64,000 bases of DNA from Alphaproteobacteria bacterium. GTDB lineage: Bacteria > Pseudomonadota > Alphaproteobacteria > GCA-2731375. Location: the NCBI GenBank assembly GCA_965225945.1, contig CBDDBZ010000034.1, positions 192,001 through 256,000 on the forward strand, read 5' to 3'. The position numbers were made by a program, and so were the translations under genes. Positions 37,377 to 46,850 of the stretch are shown one piece after another. Position 1 is the first letter of the stretch, and every line of letters starts with the position of its first letter. Under the pieces are notes generated by a model that searched no databases, had not been told where the DNA came from, and worked only from the letters and a program-made list of their open reading frames with translations.

Positions 37377-38254
37377 CCTCCCCTTCCCTTCGCTCCAAAG
37401 GCGGCGAGACGGCGCCGGGCCGGCCCGCCCCCGGGCTGTACCTCGTGGCCACACCCATCGGCAACGCCCGCGACGTCACGCTCCGTGCCCTCGACGTGCT
37501 GGCGGCGGCCGACCTGGTCGCCTGCGAGGATACCCGAGTTACCGCCCGCTTGCTGGCGATCCACGATATCCGCGCCTCGCTCCACGCCTACCACGACCAT
37601 AACGCCACCACGGCGGGACCGAAACTGATCGAACGCCTGAAAAACGGCGACATCGTGGCGCTGGTGAGCGACGCCGGCACCCCCCTCGTTTCCGATCCCG
37701 GTTACCGGCTGGTGGGCGCGGCGATCGAGGCCGGCATTGCCGTCGTGCCGGTACCGGGCGCCTCTGCGCCGCTCGCGGCGTTGATCGTCGCCGGCCTGCC
37801 GACGGACCGATTTCTGTTCGCCGGCTTTCCCCCGCCGCGCCGGGCGGCCCGCCGGCGCATGCTGGCGACGCTCTCCGGGATAGAGGCGAGCTTGATCTTG
37901 CTGGAATCGCCGCGCCGCCTGGCACTCTCGCTCGCCGACATGGCCGAGGTGTTCGGCCCCCGGCCGGCGGCGATCGGGCGGGAGTTGACCAAGCGCTTCG
38001 AGGAGGTGACGCGGGGCGACCTCGCCACGCTGGCCGCCCGGGCGGCGGCGGCGGAGCCACCCAAGGGCGAGATCGTGATCGTCGTCGCGCCGCCCGAGCC
38101 GGCGGCCGGCGAGACCGGCGACCTCGACGCCGCCTTGCGCGCGGCACTCGAGGAGCTGAGCACCCGAGGTGCGGCGAGCGTCGTGGCCCATCTCACCGGC
38201 CGGCCCCGGCGCGCGATCTATGCTCGCGCGCTCGAACTCGCGGGCCGGCGGTGA
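37280..38254 (+). CDS. rsmI: 16S rRNA (cytidine1402-2'-O)-methyltransferase
   Basis: GLYLVATPIGN, ACEDTR, LVSDAGTPLVSDPG, ESPRR, RELTKRFEE, KGEIV. Confidence 0.93.
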   Translation: MPAKRQGGARTSRRDSARASAPGSAGDVSPRSPSPSLRSKGGETAPGRPAPGLYLVATPIGNARDVTLRALDVLAAADLVACEDTRVTARLLAIHDIRASLHAYHDHNATTAGPKLIERLKNGDIVALVSDAGTPLVSDPGYRLVGAAIEAGIAVVPVPGASAPLAALIVAGLPTDRFLFAGFPPPRRAARRRMLATLSGIEASLILLESPRRLALSLADMAEVFGPRPAAIGRELTKRFEEVTRGDLATLAARAAAAEPPKGEIVIVVAPPEPAAGETGDLDAALRAALEELSTRGAASVVAHLTGRPRRAIYARALELAGRR

Positions 38255-38604
38255 GGCGCCGGCGCGCCTATCGGCAGGGGCGACGGGCGGAGGGCTGGGC
38301 CGCTTGGTGGCTGCGGCTCAAGGGCTACCGCATCCTGGCGCGGGGCTTCCGCGTGCCCGTCGGCGAGATCGATCTGGTCGCCGCGCGTGGCCGGATCCTC
38401 GCCTTCGTCGAGGTCAAGCGGCGCGCCCGATTGGCGGACGCGCTTGAGGCCGTCACCCCGCATCAGCGCCGACGCATCGAGCGGGCGGCGGAAGCCTTCC
38501 TCGGGCGCGAACGGCGTCTGGTGGGAAAACGCCTGCGTTTCGACGTCGTGGTGATCCGGCCCGGGCGCCTCCCGCGCCACCTCGCCGACGCCTGGCGGCC
38601 CTGA
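38251..38604 (+). CDS. yraN: YraN family (UPF0102) protein
   Basis: GRRAE...GYRILAR...GEIDLVA...FVEVK...RFDVV. Confidence 0.9.
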   Translation: MRRRRAYRQGRRAEGWAAWWLRLKGYRILARGFRVPVGEIDLVAARGRILAFVEVKRRARLADALEAVTPHQRRRIERAAEAFLGRERRLVGKRLRFDVVVIRPGRLPRHLADAWRP

Positions 38605-38734
38605 TGGTCGCCGACAGCCGCCGACAGTCGCCGAGGCGAAACTGTTTTCCCGGGCGGCTCAAGTCCTATAATGGTTTCGCGCGGCGACTGATTCGCCCGG
38701 GATGATTGGGGTGGATGCTCTCGTGTTTCGAAAC

Positions 38735-39340
38735 ATGGATGATTCCCTTCGCGCTCTTCTCGTCGCCACCGCCCTGTTGGCGCTGGCGGCAACACAGTCC
38801 GGTTGCGCCAGCATGTTGGTCGGTGCCGGTGCCACGGCAGGCGTCGCCGTCGCGCAGGAACGCTCCATCGGCGACGCGGTCGACGACAAGGCAATCCAAT
38901 TCCGGGTCAACGCCGCGCTATTGCATTACGACGAGGCGGTCTTCCGGCGGGTCGACGTGAAGTCGGTCGAGGCGCGCGTGGTGCTGACGGGCACCGTGGC
39001 GACCCCCGAGAACCGGCTGGAAGCGGCGCGGCTCGTCTGGCAGGTCGAGACCGTGAAGACGCTTGCAAACGAGCTGATCGTCCAGGACGAAACCTCCGTG
39101 GTCGACTTCGTCCACGACAGTTGGGTGACGACTCAACTCCGCGCCCGCATGCTCCGCGACGGCGAGATCCTCGACCTCAACTACACCGTCGAGACCGTGA
39201 ACGGCATCGTTTACCTGCTCGGCATCGCCCAGGACGAGAAGGAGCTCGACCGGGTCACGCGACATGCCCGCGCGATTCCCGGCGTCGAACAGGTGGTCAA
39301 CCACGTCCGCCTGAAGAACGATCCCGGACGGCGGACATGA
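38735..39340 (+). CDS. Dual BON-domain lipoprotein (DolP/YraP-like)
   Basis: Lipobox QSGC; two BON repeats (VVLTGTV; ETVNGIVYLLG...IPGVEQVV). Confidence 0.88.
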   Translation: MDDSLRALLVATALLALAATQSGCASMLVGAGATAGVAVAQERSIGDAVDDKAIQFRVNAALLHYDEAVFRRVDVKSVEARVVLTGTVATPENRLEAARLVWQVETVKTLANELIVQDETSVVDFVHDSWVTTQLRARMLRDGEILDLNYTVETVNGIVYLLGIAQDEKELDRVTRHARAIPGVEQVVNHVRLKNDPGRRT

Positions 39341-40155
39341 TCGAGCGCGCGGAGCTCGAAGCCGCGCTCAGGGCCATCGGCGAGGGGCCGGACGAGGCGA
39401 TCGATCTGGGCGAGGCGGCGCTGCTGCTGGCGGCGCTGGATCGCCCGCGCGTCGAGCTCGCCCACTATCGTGCCCGACTGGACGCGTTCGCCGAGGACGT
39501 GGCGAGAAAGCGCGGCGAGGACGATGGGCCCGAGGTGCTGGCGAGCGTGCTCGCCGCCGATCACGGCTACGGCGGCGACGATCGGACCTACGACGATCCG
39601 CAAAACGCCAACCTGATGCGGGTGATCGACCGGCGCAAGGGACTGCCGGTGGCCTTGGGCATTCTCTATATCGACGTCGCCCGGCGCGCCGGCCTGGCGG
39701 CCGAGGGGATCAATTTCCCGGCCCATTTCCTGATCCGCGTCCAGGCGCGCGAGCGGCGCGAGATCCTCGACCCCTTCGATGGCGGCCGGGCCCAGGGCAT
39801 CGCCGACCTCCGCCGCATGATCAAGCGTTTCGGCGGCGAGGAGGCCGAACTGACGCCGCAACACTCGGCCCCGGCCGGGGACCGGGGCGTCCTCCTCCGC
39901 TTGCTCAACAACCTCCGTTCCCGCGCCCTGCAAACGCGCGAACTCGAGCGCGCCGGCGAGATCGCGCGGCGAATGGTGATGGTGGCGCCGCTGGTGCCGC
40001 TGCTGAACCGCGAGCTCGCCCTGATCACCGCCAGCTCCGGCGAGATGGACGAGGCGATGCAGGCGGCCGAGCGCTATCTGCTGTTGGCGGAGGACGAACG
40101 CCAGTCGCACGATGCCGCCTCCCTGCTGCAACGCCTCCGCACCCAGACGAACTGA
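39337..40155 (+). CDS. SirB1/YchA family (transglutaminase-like plus TPR) protein
   Basis: YDDPQNANLMRVIDRRKGLPVAL, GINFPAHFL, LDPFDGG, RLLNNL. Confidence 0.87.
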   Translation: MIERAELEAALRAIGEGPDEAIDLGEAALLLAALDRPRVELAHYRARLDAFAEDVARKRGEDDGPEVLASVLAADHGYGGDDRTYDDPQNANLMRVIDRRKGLPVALGILYIDVARRAGLAAEGINFPAHFLIRVQARERREILDPFDGGRAQGIADLRRMIKRFGGEEAELTPQHSAPAGDRGVLLRLLNNLRSRALQTRELERAGEIARRMVMVAPLVPLLNRELALITASSGEMDEAMQAAERYLLLAEDERQSHDAASLLQRLRTQTN

Positions 40156-40181
40156 CGTCAGCGCGCATAATACCAACTGAC

Positions 40182-41404
40182 CACAGTACACGACTCGTTC
40201 ATGCTGGCTTTGGCCTGGGCACCTGGACTGGTGGTTTTCCGGGGACGAGGAAACGAATCAGCTCAATGGCTTGACGCCTGTCGATAGGATTGACGAGCTG
40301 TCGCCTTATCCACTCGAAACCGTATCGGAAGATGGATTTTGCCATCCTTTTGTGGGTTTTGAGGCGGATCGGCTCGGCCTCGTGGAGCCAATCGCCGACT
40401 TTGTGCGCCCAGCAGAAGGTGATGGAAAGGACGGCGGTGAGCTTGGAGATGCGCTCCGGGTCGGTCATGTGGGTGTCTTCGAGGTTGAAGCCACGGGTTT
40501 TCAAGGCGGCGAAGAGGGTCTCGATTTGCCAGCGCTGGGCGTAGATGGCCAAGGCCTCCTCGGGCGCGTCGTTGGTCACGACGATCAACAGTTCGCCGGT
40601 CTTGAGATGGAGCGCGGCGACGAAGACGGGCCTGGCCTTGGGTTTTCTGGCCTCCGAGAGGCGCCTGGCGTTGGAGAGGATGCGGCTTTCCCCGGGTTTG
40701 AGGTCGCGAAACAGCTCCCTCGCCTTGACCATGCGACCACGCGTGTTGGCGATCTTGATGTTGGATCGGATGCGGATGTGAAAGGGGATGGCCTTTTCCT
40801 GCAACCATGCCAGCCAGGCGTCGCCGATGAATTCCCGGTCGGCCAGGAGGCTGGCGATCTTGTCGACCCCGAAGAGCCGGAGGACGTGTTCGAGGATCGC
40901 GATCCGCTCCTTGGTATTGGAATTGCCCGCCTTGTCGAGCACCCGCCAGCACACGGGAATGGCGATGGCGCGGTTGACGATGCCGATCATCAAGATGTTG
41001 ACGTCGCGGCGACCCAGCCGCCAGTTGGTCCGGTCCATGGTCAGCCGCCACGGCCCCGCCTGGAGCCCCATCATCGCGACCAGGAACTCGGCGAGGCGAT
41101 CGTAATCGAAATCGACTTGCTCGAAAAACCGTTGCAGGCGCCGATAGTTGGAGCTGGATCGCGCGCGCCCCGGAAAGTGGCAGGCCAAGTGAGAGAGGTT
41201 CACCGTCCGGGCGACGAACACGCCGAAGACCAAGACGCAAAGGCTCTCCAGACGGCTCTTGCGAAAGGCGAAGCCGCATCGTAGCGTCTCACGCAGGGCG
41301 TTGATCGGGTTGTCTCGCATGATTTCCCTCTTGACTCGTCGTGGAGTGAATCGGGAATTCTACAACCTTTTCAACGTCCTACGTAAATGCCGTCGTGTAC
41401 CATG
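40182..41404 (-). mobile_element. IS4 family (IS10-like) element, copy 1, 1223 bp
   Basis: TIRs CACAGTACACGAC and GTCGTGTACCATG; 9-bp TSD CCAACTGAC at 40173-40181 and 41405-41413. Confidence 0.93.
40199..41320 (-). CDS. IS4 family transposase
   Basis: MDRTNW, ADREF, YAQRWQIETLFAALK (Y2R3E6K signature). Confidence 0.93.
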   Translation of the reverse strand: MRDNPINALRETLRCGFAFRKSRLESLCVLVFGVFVARTVNLSHLACHFPGRARSSSNYRRLQRFFEQVDFDYDRLAEFLVAMMGLQAGPWRLTMDRTNWRLGRRDVNILMIGIVNRAIAIPVCWRVLDKAGNSNTKERIAILEHVLRLFGVDKIASLLADREFIGDAWLAWLQEKAIPFHIRIRSNIKIANTRGRMVKARELFRDLKPGESRILSNARRLSEARKPKARPVFVAALHLKTGELLIVVTNDAPEEALAIYAQRWQIETLFAALKTRGFNLEDTHMTDPERISKLTAVLSITFCWAHKVGDWLHEAEPIRLKTHKRMAKSIFRYGFEWIRRQLVNPIDRRQAIELIRFLVPGKPPVQVPRPKPA

Positions 41405-41444
41405 CCAACTGACATAAGTCCCAGCCGCCCCGCTCCCTCGGTCC

Positions 41445-41580
41445 AGGTGGTCAACAGGCAGTTCGCCGCCTCGTAAAGTTAATGGCGCGCCATGGCGTCG
41501 CCCGGCTTGCTAATTTCCCCGGCGATGTCCGGTTCACCCGAGTGGTGGCGCATGGGCCTCCGGACGCAGATAGCGGCCAC
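41445..41580 (-). pseudogene. IS110 family transposase C-terminal remnant
   Basis: RHHSGEPDIAGEISKPGDAMARH*LYEAANCLLT resembles IS110 (Y)QSGE.D..GRISK.GD...R..LYEAA; internal TAA at 41479-41481. Confidence 0.68.
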
Positions 41581-41641
41581 GCTGGCGGCGGGGGGCGACG
41601 GCTGCTACCCTCCGCCGCGCCGTCGATGGGCGAGGAGGATC

Positions 41642-42166
41642 ATGACTGAAACCGAAGACGGCCCTCCCTGGGCGCATGAGCTCTACGACCACCTCAAGGC
41701 CAACGAGGTGACGATCTTTTCCCATGTGCCCGACGCGGGGCACAAGGTACTGATCTCGCGTTCCGGCGCCGATCCGGACGTCGAATCGATCGTGCTGACC
41801 ACCGAGGAGGAGGGCGTTGCGCTCTCCGCCGGGGCGCATCTCGGCGGCCGCCGCTCGGTCCTGCTGGTGCAGTCGAGCGGTGTCGGCAACTGCATCAACA
41901 TGCTGTCGCTGACTCGGATCGGCCGCTTTCCCTTTCTCGGCATCGTCTCCATGCGCGGCGAATTCGGCGAGGGCAATCCCTGGCAGATGCCGATGGGCCA
42001 GGCGACGCAACCGGTGCTGGAGGCCTGCGGCGTGCTCTGCCTGAAGGCGGAGACGCCGGCGGACGTGATCCCTTGCATGACCGCGGCGACGACCATGGCC
42101 TACAAGTCGGACCAGGCGACGATGGTGCTGCTCTCGCAGCGCCTGATCGGCGCCAAGGCATTTTAG
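41642..42166 (+). CDS. TPP-dependent decarboxylase alpha subunit (ComD/Ppd-like)
   Basis: HVPDAG, TTEEEGVA, QSSGVGNCIN, SMRGEFGEGNPWQ. Confidence 0.83.
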   Translation: MTETEDGPPWAHELYDHLKANEVTIFSHVPDAGHKVLISRSGADPDVESIVLTTEEEGVALSAGAHLGGRRSVLLVQSSGVGNCINMLSLTRIGRFPFLGIVSMRGEFGEGNPWQMPMGQATQPVLEACGVLCLKAETPADVIPCMTAATTMAYKSDQATMVLLSQRLIGAKAF

Positions 42167-42176
42167 GAGCGGGCGA

Positions 42177-42773
42177 GTGAGGGAAGCACGAGACGTGGGC
42201 ACGCTCGATCGCGGCGAGGCGGTACCGCGGTTGCTGGGCGATCTCGACGATTTTCTCGTCGTCACCGGACTCGCCGGGCCGGCCAAGGATGTCGCCAACA
42301 TCGCGCGCGGCAAGCCCAATTGCTTCTACCTGGCCGGCGCCATGGGGGGCGCCGTGGCGATGGGCCTGGGCCTCGCATTGGCTTGGCCGGAGAAGCGCGT
42401 GCTGGTGGTCACCGGCGATGGCGAGCTGTTGATGAACGTCGGCTCGCTGGCGACAGTGGCGGTGCGCAACCCGGCGAACCTCGCCATCGTCTGCGTCGAC
42501 AACGGGCACTATGGCGAGACCGGCTACCAGTTGAGCCATACGGCGCTGGGCACCGACCTCGCGGCCATGGCGTCGGGCGCCGGCATCGCCACGGTCCGGA
42601 CCGTCCGCGACGATGCGGAGATCGACGAGGCCTCCGGTGTGCTCCGGCAACCCAACGGCGTCGCCTTCGTCCTGCTCAAAGTCTCGACCGCCGTGCCGCC
42701 GAAGTTCCGCCGCTCGCTCGACGCCGTGGCCAACAAGATTCGCTTCCGCGAGGCGCTGCTCGGCGAGGCGTGA
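42177..42773 (+). CDS. TPP-dependent decarboxylase beta subunit (ComE-like)
   Basis: GAMGG, TGDGELLM...DNGHYGETG TPP-binding motif. Confidence 0.83.
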   Translation: MREARDVGTLDRGEAVPRLLGDLDDFLVVTGLAGPAKDVANIARGKPNCFYLAGAMGGAVAMGLGLALAWPEKRVLVVTGDGELLMNVGSLATVAVRNPANLAIVCVDNGHYGETGYQLSHTALGTDLAAMASGAGIATVRTVRDDAEIDEASGVLRQPNGVAFVLLKVSTAVPPKFRRSLDAVANKIRFREALLGEA

Positions 42774-42806
42774 TCGCCTGCCCGCGCCCCGAGGGGAAGG
42801 ACGACC

Positions 42807-43739
42807 ATGACCGTGCTGCTGTTTCACTCCCCCAATGATCCGGTGGACCTCTGGGTGCCGGAATTGCAACGCGAGCTGCCGGAGGTGGAGATCCGGGTGA
42901 CGCCGGAGATCGGCGAGCCGGCCGAGATCGACTACGCGCTGGTCTGGAAGCCACCCACCGGCATGCTGGCGAGCCTACCGAACCTGCGCGTGACCTTTTC
43001 CCTCGCCGCCGGTGTCGATCACATCCTGGAGGATGCGGAGCGGCCGACGCATGTGCCGATCGTCCGCATGCTGGACGACAATCTGCGCGACATGATGAGC
43101 GAATACGCCATCCTGGGCGTCCTGCACTTTCACCGCTACATGCTGGAATACATCGCCGAACAGCCGAGCGAGAAATGGGACCGGCGCTGGCCGATCTACA
43201 CGCCGGAGACCCATGTCGGCGTGCTGGGCCTGGGCGCCATCGGCCTGGACGTGGCGGAGAAATTCCGCGTGCTCGGCTTCCAGGTGCACGGCTGGAGCCG
43301 GACGCCGAGCGAGGTCGCCGGCATCACCTGCCATCACGGGCCCGAGGGATTGACGGCAATGTTGCCGCTCTGCCGCTATCTGGTTTGCGTGCTGCCGCTG
43401 ACCGACGCGACCCGGGGCATCATCGGCGCTGAGACGCTGGCCGCGCTGCCGGAGGACGCGGTGGTGGTGAATCTCGGCCGGGGCGGCCACGTGGTCGACG
43501 AAGATCTGCTGGCGGCGCTCGATTCGGGCCGGCTCCGGGGCGCCTTCCTGGACGTCTTCAACGACGAGCCGCTTCCCGCCGACCACCCTTATCGGCGCCA
43601 CCCCAAGGTGGTGATGACGCCGCACGTCGCCGGCGAGCTGGTGCCGAAGTCCTGCGCCCGCTCGATCGCGCGCAACTTGCGCGACCACCTGGCGGGAGAG
43701 CCGATGCGCGGCGTCCTCGATCTCGAACGCGGCTACTGA
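42807..43739 (+). CDS. D-2-hydroxyacid dehydrogenase (glyoxylate/hydroxypyruvate reductase A-like)
   Basis: AGVDH, GLGAIG, LPLT, NLGRG, LDVFNDEPL, TPHVA. Confidence 0.88.
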   Translation: MTVLLFHSPNDPVDLWVPELQRELPEVEIRVTPEIGEPAEIDYALVWKPPTGMLASLPNLRVTFSLAAGVDHILEDAERPTHVPIVRMLDDNLRDMMSEYAILGVLHFHRYMLEYIAEQPSEKWDRRWPIYTPETHVGVLGLGAIGLDVAEKFRVLGFQVHGWSRTPSEVAGITCHHGPEGLTAMLPLCRYLVCVLPLTDATRGIIGAETLAALPEDAVVVNLGRGGHVVDEDLLAALDSGRLRGAFLDVFNDEPLPADHPYRRHPKVVMTPHVAGELVPKSCARSIARNLRDHLAGEPMRGVLDLERGY

Positions 43740-43792
43740 GTTGATCGTGTAACAGTCCGTCGCTTCGCCGAGGGGCTTGTTCTTCCGATCAA

Positions 43793-44686
43793 CTACCGAC
43801 GGGGCGCCGTTCGGCGCTCGACTTCCGACCAGATGCGCCGGGCCGCCCGCGCCGGCGCGCCCTCGGCCCGGGCACGATCGACGACGTCGCTCAGCCGTTG
43901 CACCGAGACCGCCATGTCGTGCGCGTTGGCGTGCAACAGGCGCCAACCGTCGAGCACGATGCCGACATGGCCCGGAAAGAACAACAAGTCGCCCCGACGG
44001 AGCACCGAAAGATCTTCCGGATGGTCCAGGATCGCGCCGACGACGGCCTCCTGCTGATCGCTGTCGCGCGGTGGCGTGAGGCCGGCCCGCTGCAGGACGA
44101 TCTGCAGGAAGCCCGAACAGTCCATTCCGTCGATGCCGCGACCGCCCCAGAGATAGGGCACGCCGACGAGCGACATGCCGGTCGCGATGTAGTCCGCCTG
44201 GCTCGCCTCGCGCGGCGCCAGATGATCGGCGAAGATCCAGCCGCCGCCACCGACCTCGACGAACGCCCCGTCCCGCCGGCCCCCGCCGCCGACGACCAGG
44301 CTGGCGAGCGAAAGACGCAGCGGCGCCGGAGACTTGAGATCCGGCGCGCGATAGAGATAGGTCGCCGGGACCACCACCTCATGGCTCGGCGTGCCGATAT
44401 CGGCCCCCAGCGCGTCGGCCGCGACCCAGCCGACGTAGTAATCCCGTGTCGCCTGACCCCAGGCCCAGCCGTCTTGCTCGTCGTAGACGATGAATCCTTC
44501 GCCGAAGAGGAGCTCGCTCTCCCGTCGCGCGTGCGCGCCGGGAGAGAAGGCGATCATTGTGCGCCCCCGGATCACGCGGCGGAGGTCGCCCTGGGCTTGC
44601 TTCGGTCTCGGATAGCGGTCGCGCAAATGGTGCGCGACCAGATCGTCGCGCACCGGCGTCACCCGGGGATCGAAATCGTCGCTCAT
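43793..44686 (-). CDS. NlpC/P60 (C40) peptidase with SH3-like N-terminus
   Basis: GVPYLWGG...DCSG...PRDSDQQ...GDLLFFPGHVGI...LLHA. Confidence 0.9.
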   Translation of the reverse strand: MSDDFDPRVTPVRDDLVAHHLRDRYPRPKQAQGDLRRVIRGRTMIAFSPGAHARRESELLFGEGFIVYDEQDGWAWGQATRDYYVGWVAADALGADIGTPSHEVVVPATYLYRAPDLKSPAPLRLSLASLVVGGGGRRDGAFVEVGGGGWIFADHLAPREASQADYIATGMSLVGVPYLWGGRGIDGMDCSGFLQIVLQRAGLTPPRDSDQQEAVVGAILDHPEDLSVLRRGDLLFFPGHVGIVLDGWRLLHANAHDMAVSVQRLSDVVDRARAEGAPARAARRIWSEVERRTAPRR

Positions 44687-45033
44687 CCCATCGCCTCCTT
44701 TCGCGCCCCCTCGATCGTCTGGGCGAACTCGCTTAAGAAGACCGCGCCCTTGACGGTGCGGTGCACGAGTACGCTACGCCGATCCGCGTCGTCCACCCGG
44801 CGGCAGGCAAAGTCGAGACGGGTCAGTGCGTCGATCGCGCGAACCACGGCCGGCTTGGAAATCCCGAGACTCCGGGCGAGAGCCCGCACGGTGTGCGGTG
44901 GCGGCTCCAGATAGACCGTCAGCAACAGGGCGAGTTGGCGTGAGGTCAAGTCCGGGCCGGGTCCGGCGACGGCAGTCCTGAGGACTCTGTGCCAGAGCCC
45001 CAGCAGCGCCTCCCTTTCCGCCACCACGGCCAT
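44683..45033 (-). CDS. MarR-type winged-helix regulator
   Basis: DLTSRQLALLLTVY...TVRALA...SKPAVVRAID...DRRSV. Confidence 0.87.
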   Translation of the reverse strand: MAVVAEREALLGLWHRVLRTAVAGPGPDLTSRQLALLLTVYLEPPPHTVRALARSLGISKPAVVRAIDALTRLDFACRRVDDADRRSVLVHRTVKGAVFLSEFAQTIEGARKEAMG

Positions 45034-45109
45034 CGTCGGCTTCCCAATTCAATCTAGAGGCTTATCGTTCCGGATACGGAGCGAAATGGCAAGCCGTGGG
45101 GCCCGGCCT

Positions 45110-46486
45110 TCAACCGTAACGTTCTGCGATCACCTCGAAGAGCGCGCGTATGGTTTGGGCTTCGCCGCCGCGCGGACGGCCGGGCCGCGACTTGTCGTTC
45201 CAGGCGTACATGTCGAAATGCATCCAGGTCGCGCTCCGCTCCACAAACGACTCGAGGAACAGGGCGGCGGTGACGGCGCCCGCCATCGGACCGTCGCTGA
45301 CGTTGTTGAGATCGGCGATCGGGCTCTTCAATCCCTCGGCGTAGGGTCGGTGGAGCGGCAAGCGCCAGAGTGGGTCGACGATGCGGCGAGAGTGGCGGAG
45401 CGTCGCCTCGGCCAGAGCCTCGTCGGCGGTGAACATCGCCGGCAATTCGGGCCCGAGGGCGACCCGGGCCGCGCCGGTGAGAGTCGCCATGTCGATGACC
45501 AGATCGGGCGCCTCCTCGTCCGCCAGCGCCAGCGCGTCCGAGAGGATGATGCGGCCCTCGGCGTCGGTGTTGCCGATCTCGACTGAAAGGCCCTTGCGGG
45601 TAACGATGACGTCGCCCGGACGGAAGGCGTTGCCGGCGATCGCGTTCTCGACCGCCGGGATCAACACCCTGAGGCGCACCGCCAGACCGGCGCCCATCAC
45701 CAAGGAGGCCAGGCCCAACACGTTGGCGGCACCCCCCATGTCCTTCTTCATCCGCAGCATGCCGCTCGACGGCTTGATGTCGAGGCCGCCGGAATCGAAG
45801 CAGACCCCCTTGCCGATCAGTGTCAGCTTCGGCCGGGCCGCATCGCCCCAGTGGATATCGACCAGCCGGGGCGCGCGGGCGGCGGCGCGCCCGACCGCGT
45901 GGATGGCCGGAAAGTTCCCGGCCAAGAGCTCTTCGCCGACCGTCACCGTCGTCTCGGCCCCGTGCTCGGCGGCGAGCGTGGTGGCGGCCAGCGCCAACTC
46001 CTCCGGCCCCAGGTCCTCCGCCGGCGTGTTGACGAGATCGCGAACCAGGCCGACCGCGGCGGCGACGCGGCGGATTTGGGGGGCATCGACCGACGGCGGC
46101 CAGACCAGGCGGGCCACCTCGTCGTCCGCCGTCCGGTAGCGATCGAAGGCATAGCCGCCAAGCGCCCAGCCGAGCGCGGCGGGCGCCGCCAAGTCGTCGG
46201 TCAGGCCGGACAAACGATAGACGCCGCCCGGCAGTCCCCTGGCGAGACCACCGAAGCACCAGAGGTCCGGTGCCGAACCGAGGCCCAGCGCAACGCCCGC
46301 AAGGCTACCGTCGGTGGCGGGAACGAGGCGGATCTCGCCGGCCTCCGCCTTGAAGCCGGTGGTGGCGAGCCAGGTTCGCTGTTCCTCGGGACGCGTGCGC
46401 GACCAAGCCTCGAGGGCGTCCTCGGCAACCGACCAGACGGGCGTCGCCTCGTCGGACGACTCGATCAATATCTCCGGCACCTTCAC
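45110..46486 (-). CDS. Leucyl aminopeptidase (M17, PepB-like)
   Basis: GKGVCFDSGG, MKKDMGGAA, NTDAEGR, ATLTGA; start placed at GTG 46486. Confidence 0.92.
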   Translation of the reverse strand: MKVPEILIESSDEATPVWSVAEDALEAWSRTRPEEQRTWLATTGFKAEAGEIRLVPATDGSLAGVALGLGSAPDLWCFGGLARGLPGGVYRLSGLTDDLAAPAALGWALGGYAFDRYRTADDEVARLVWPPSVDAPQIRRVAAAVGLVRDLVNTPAEDLGPEELALAATTLAAEHGAETTVTVGEELLAGNFPAIHAVGRAAARAPRLVDIHWGDAARPKLTLIGKGVCFDSGGLDIKPSSGMLRMKKDMGGAANVLGLASLVMGAGLAVRLRVLIPAVENAIAGNAFRPGDVIVTRKGLSVEIGNTDAEGRIILSDALALADEEAPDLVIDMATLTGAARVALGPELPAMFTADEALAEATLRHSRRIVDPLWRLPLHRPYAEGLKSPIADLNNVSDGPMAGAVTAALFLESFVERSATWMHFDMYAWNDKSRPGRPRGGEAQTIRALFEVIAERYG

Positions 46487-46577
46487 CCCTCCTCGGCGGT
46501 TGCGAGTTCCCTTGCTCGCGCGATGGCCAGACCTAGCATGCCGACGGGAGCGCGGGGAGTCGCCAGTCAGGGCGGTA

Positions 46578-46840
46578 CTACCGGCGACGTGCCGTCGGCA
46601 GCGCCTCGGCGAATTCGACCAATCCGGCGCCCCGCGCGGCATCGGTGACGAATGCCGGCGGTGGATCGAGTGGGTTCGCGTGATCGCGCAGGTTGGCGAC
46701 GCCGACGCTCGAGGGAAAGCGCGCGAATATCGGCGCATCGTTGGGGGAATCGCCGATGAAGGCGACACGCGATCGGGTGGACCGGTCGGGTCGGAGAAAA
46801 GCTCGGTGGCCGAACGAAATGTCACCATCGGCGACTTTCG
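46578..46840 (-). pseudogene. HAD-IIB hydrolase C-terminal remnant
   Basis: Frame not in the ORF track reads VAFIGDSPNDAPIFARFPSSVGVANL...FVT...GAGLVEFAEAL (HAD motif IV); no start codon or N-terminal half. Confidence 0.72.
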
Positions 46841-46850
46841 AGTCGGGTTC

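Noticed and set aside
40160-41419. dif-like site at the empty IS4 copy 1 target (AGCGCGCATAA-TACCAA-CTGACATAAGT)
   Set aside because: The XerC-like arm matches E. coli dif at 9/11 but the normally better conserved XerD arm only at 5/11; likely chance.
45110-46828. 572-aa aminopeptidase with a long N-terminal extension
   Set aside because: The extension overlies the HAD remnant in another frame; an RBS plus GTG at about 46486 gives a normal-sized M17 protein.
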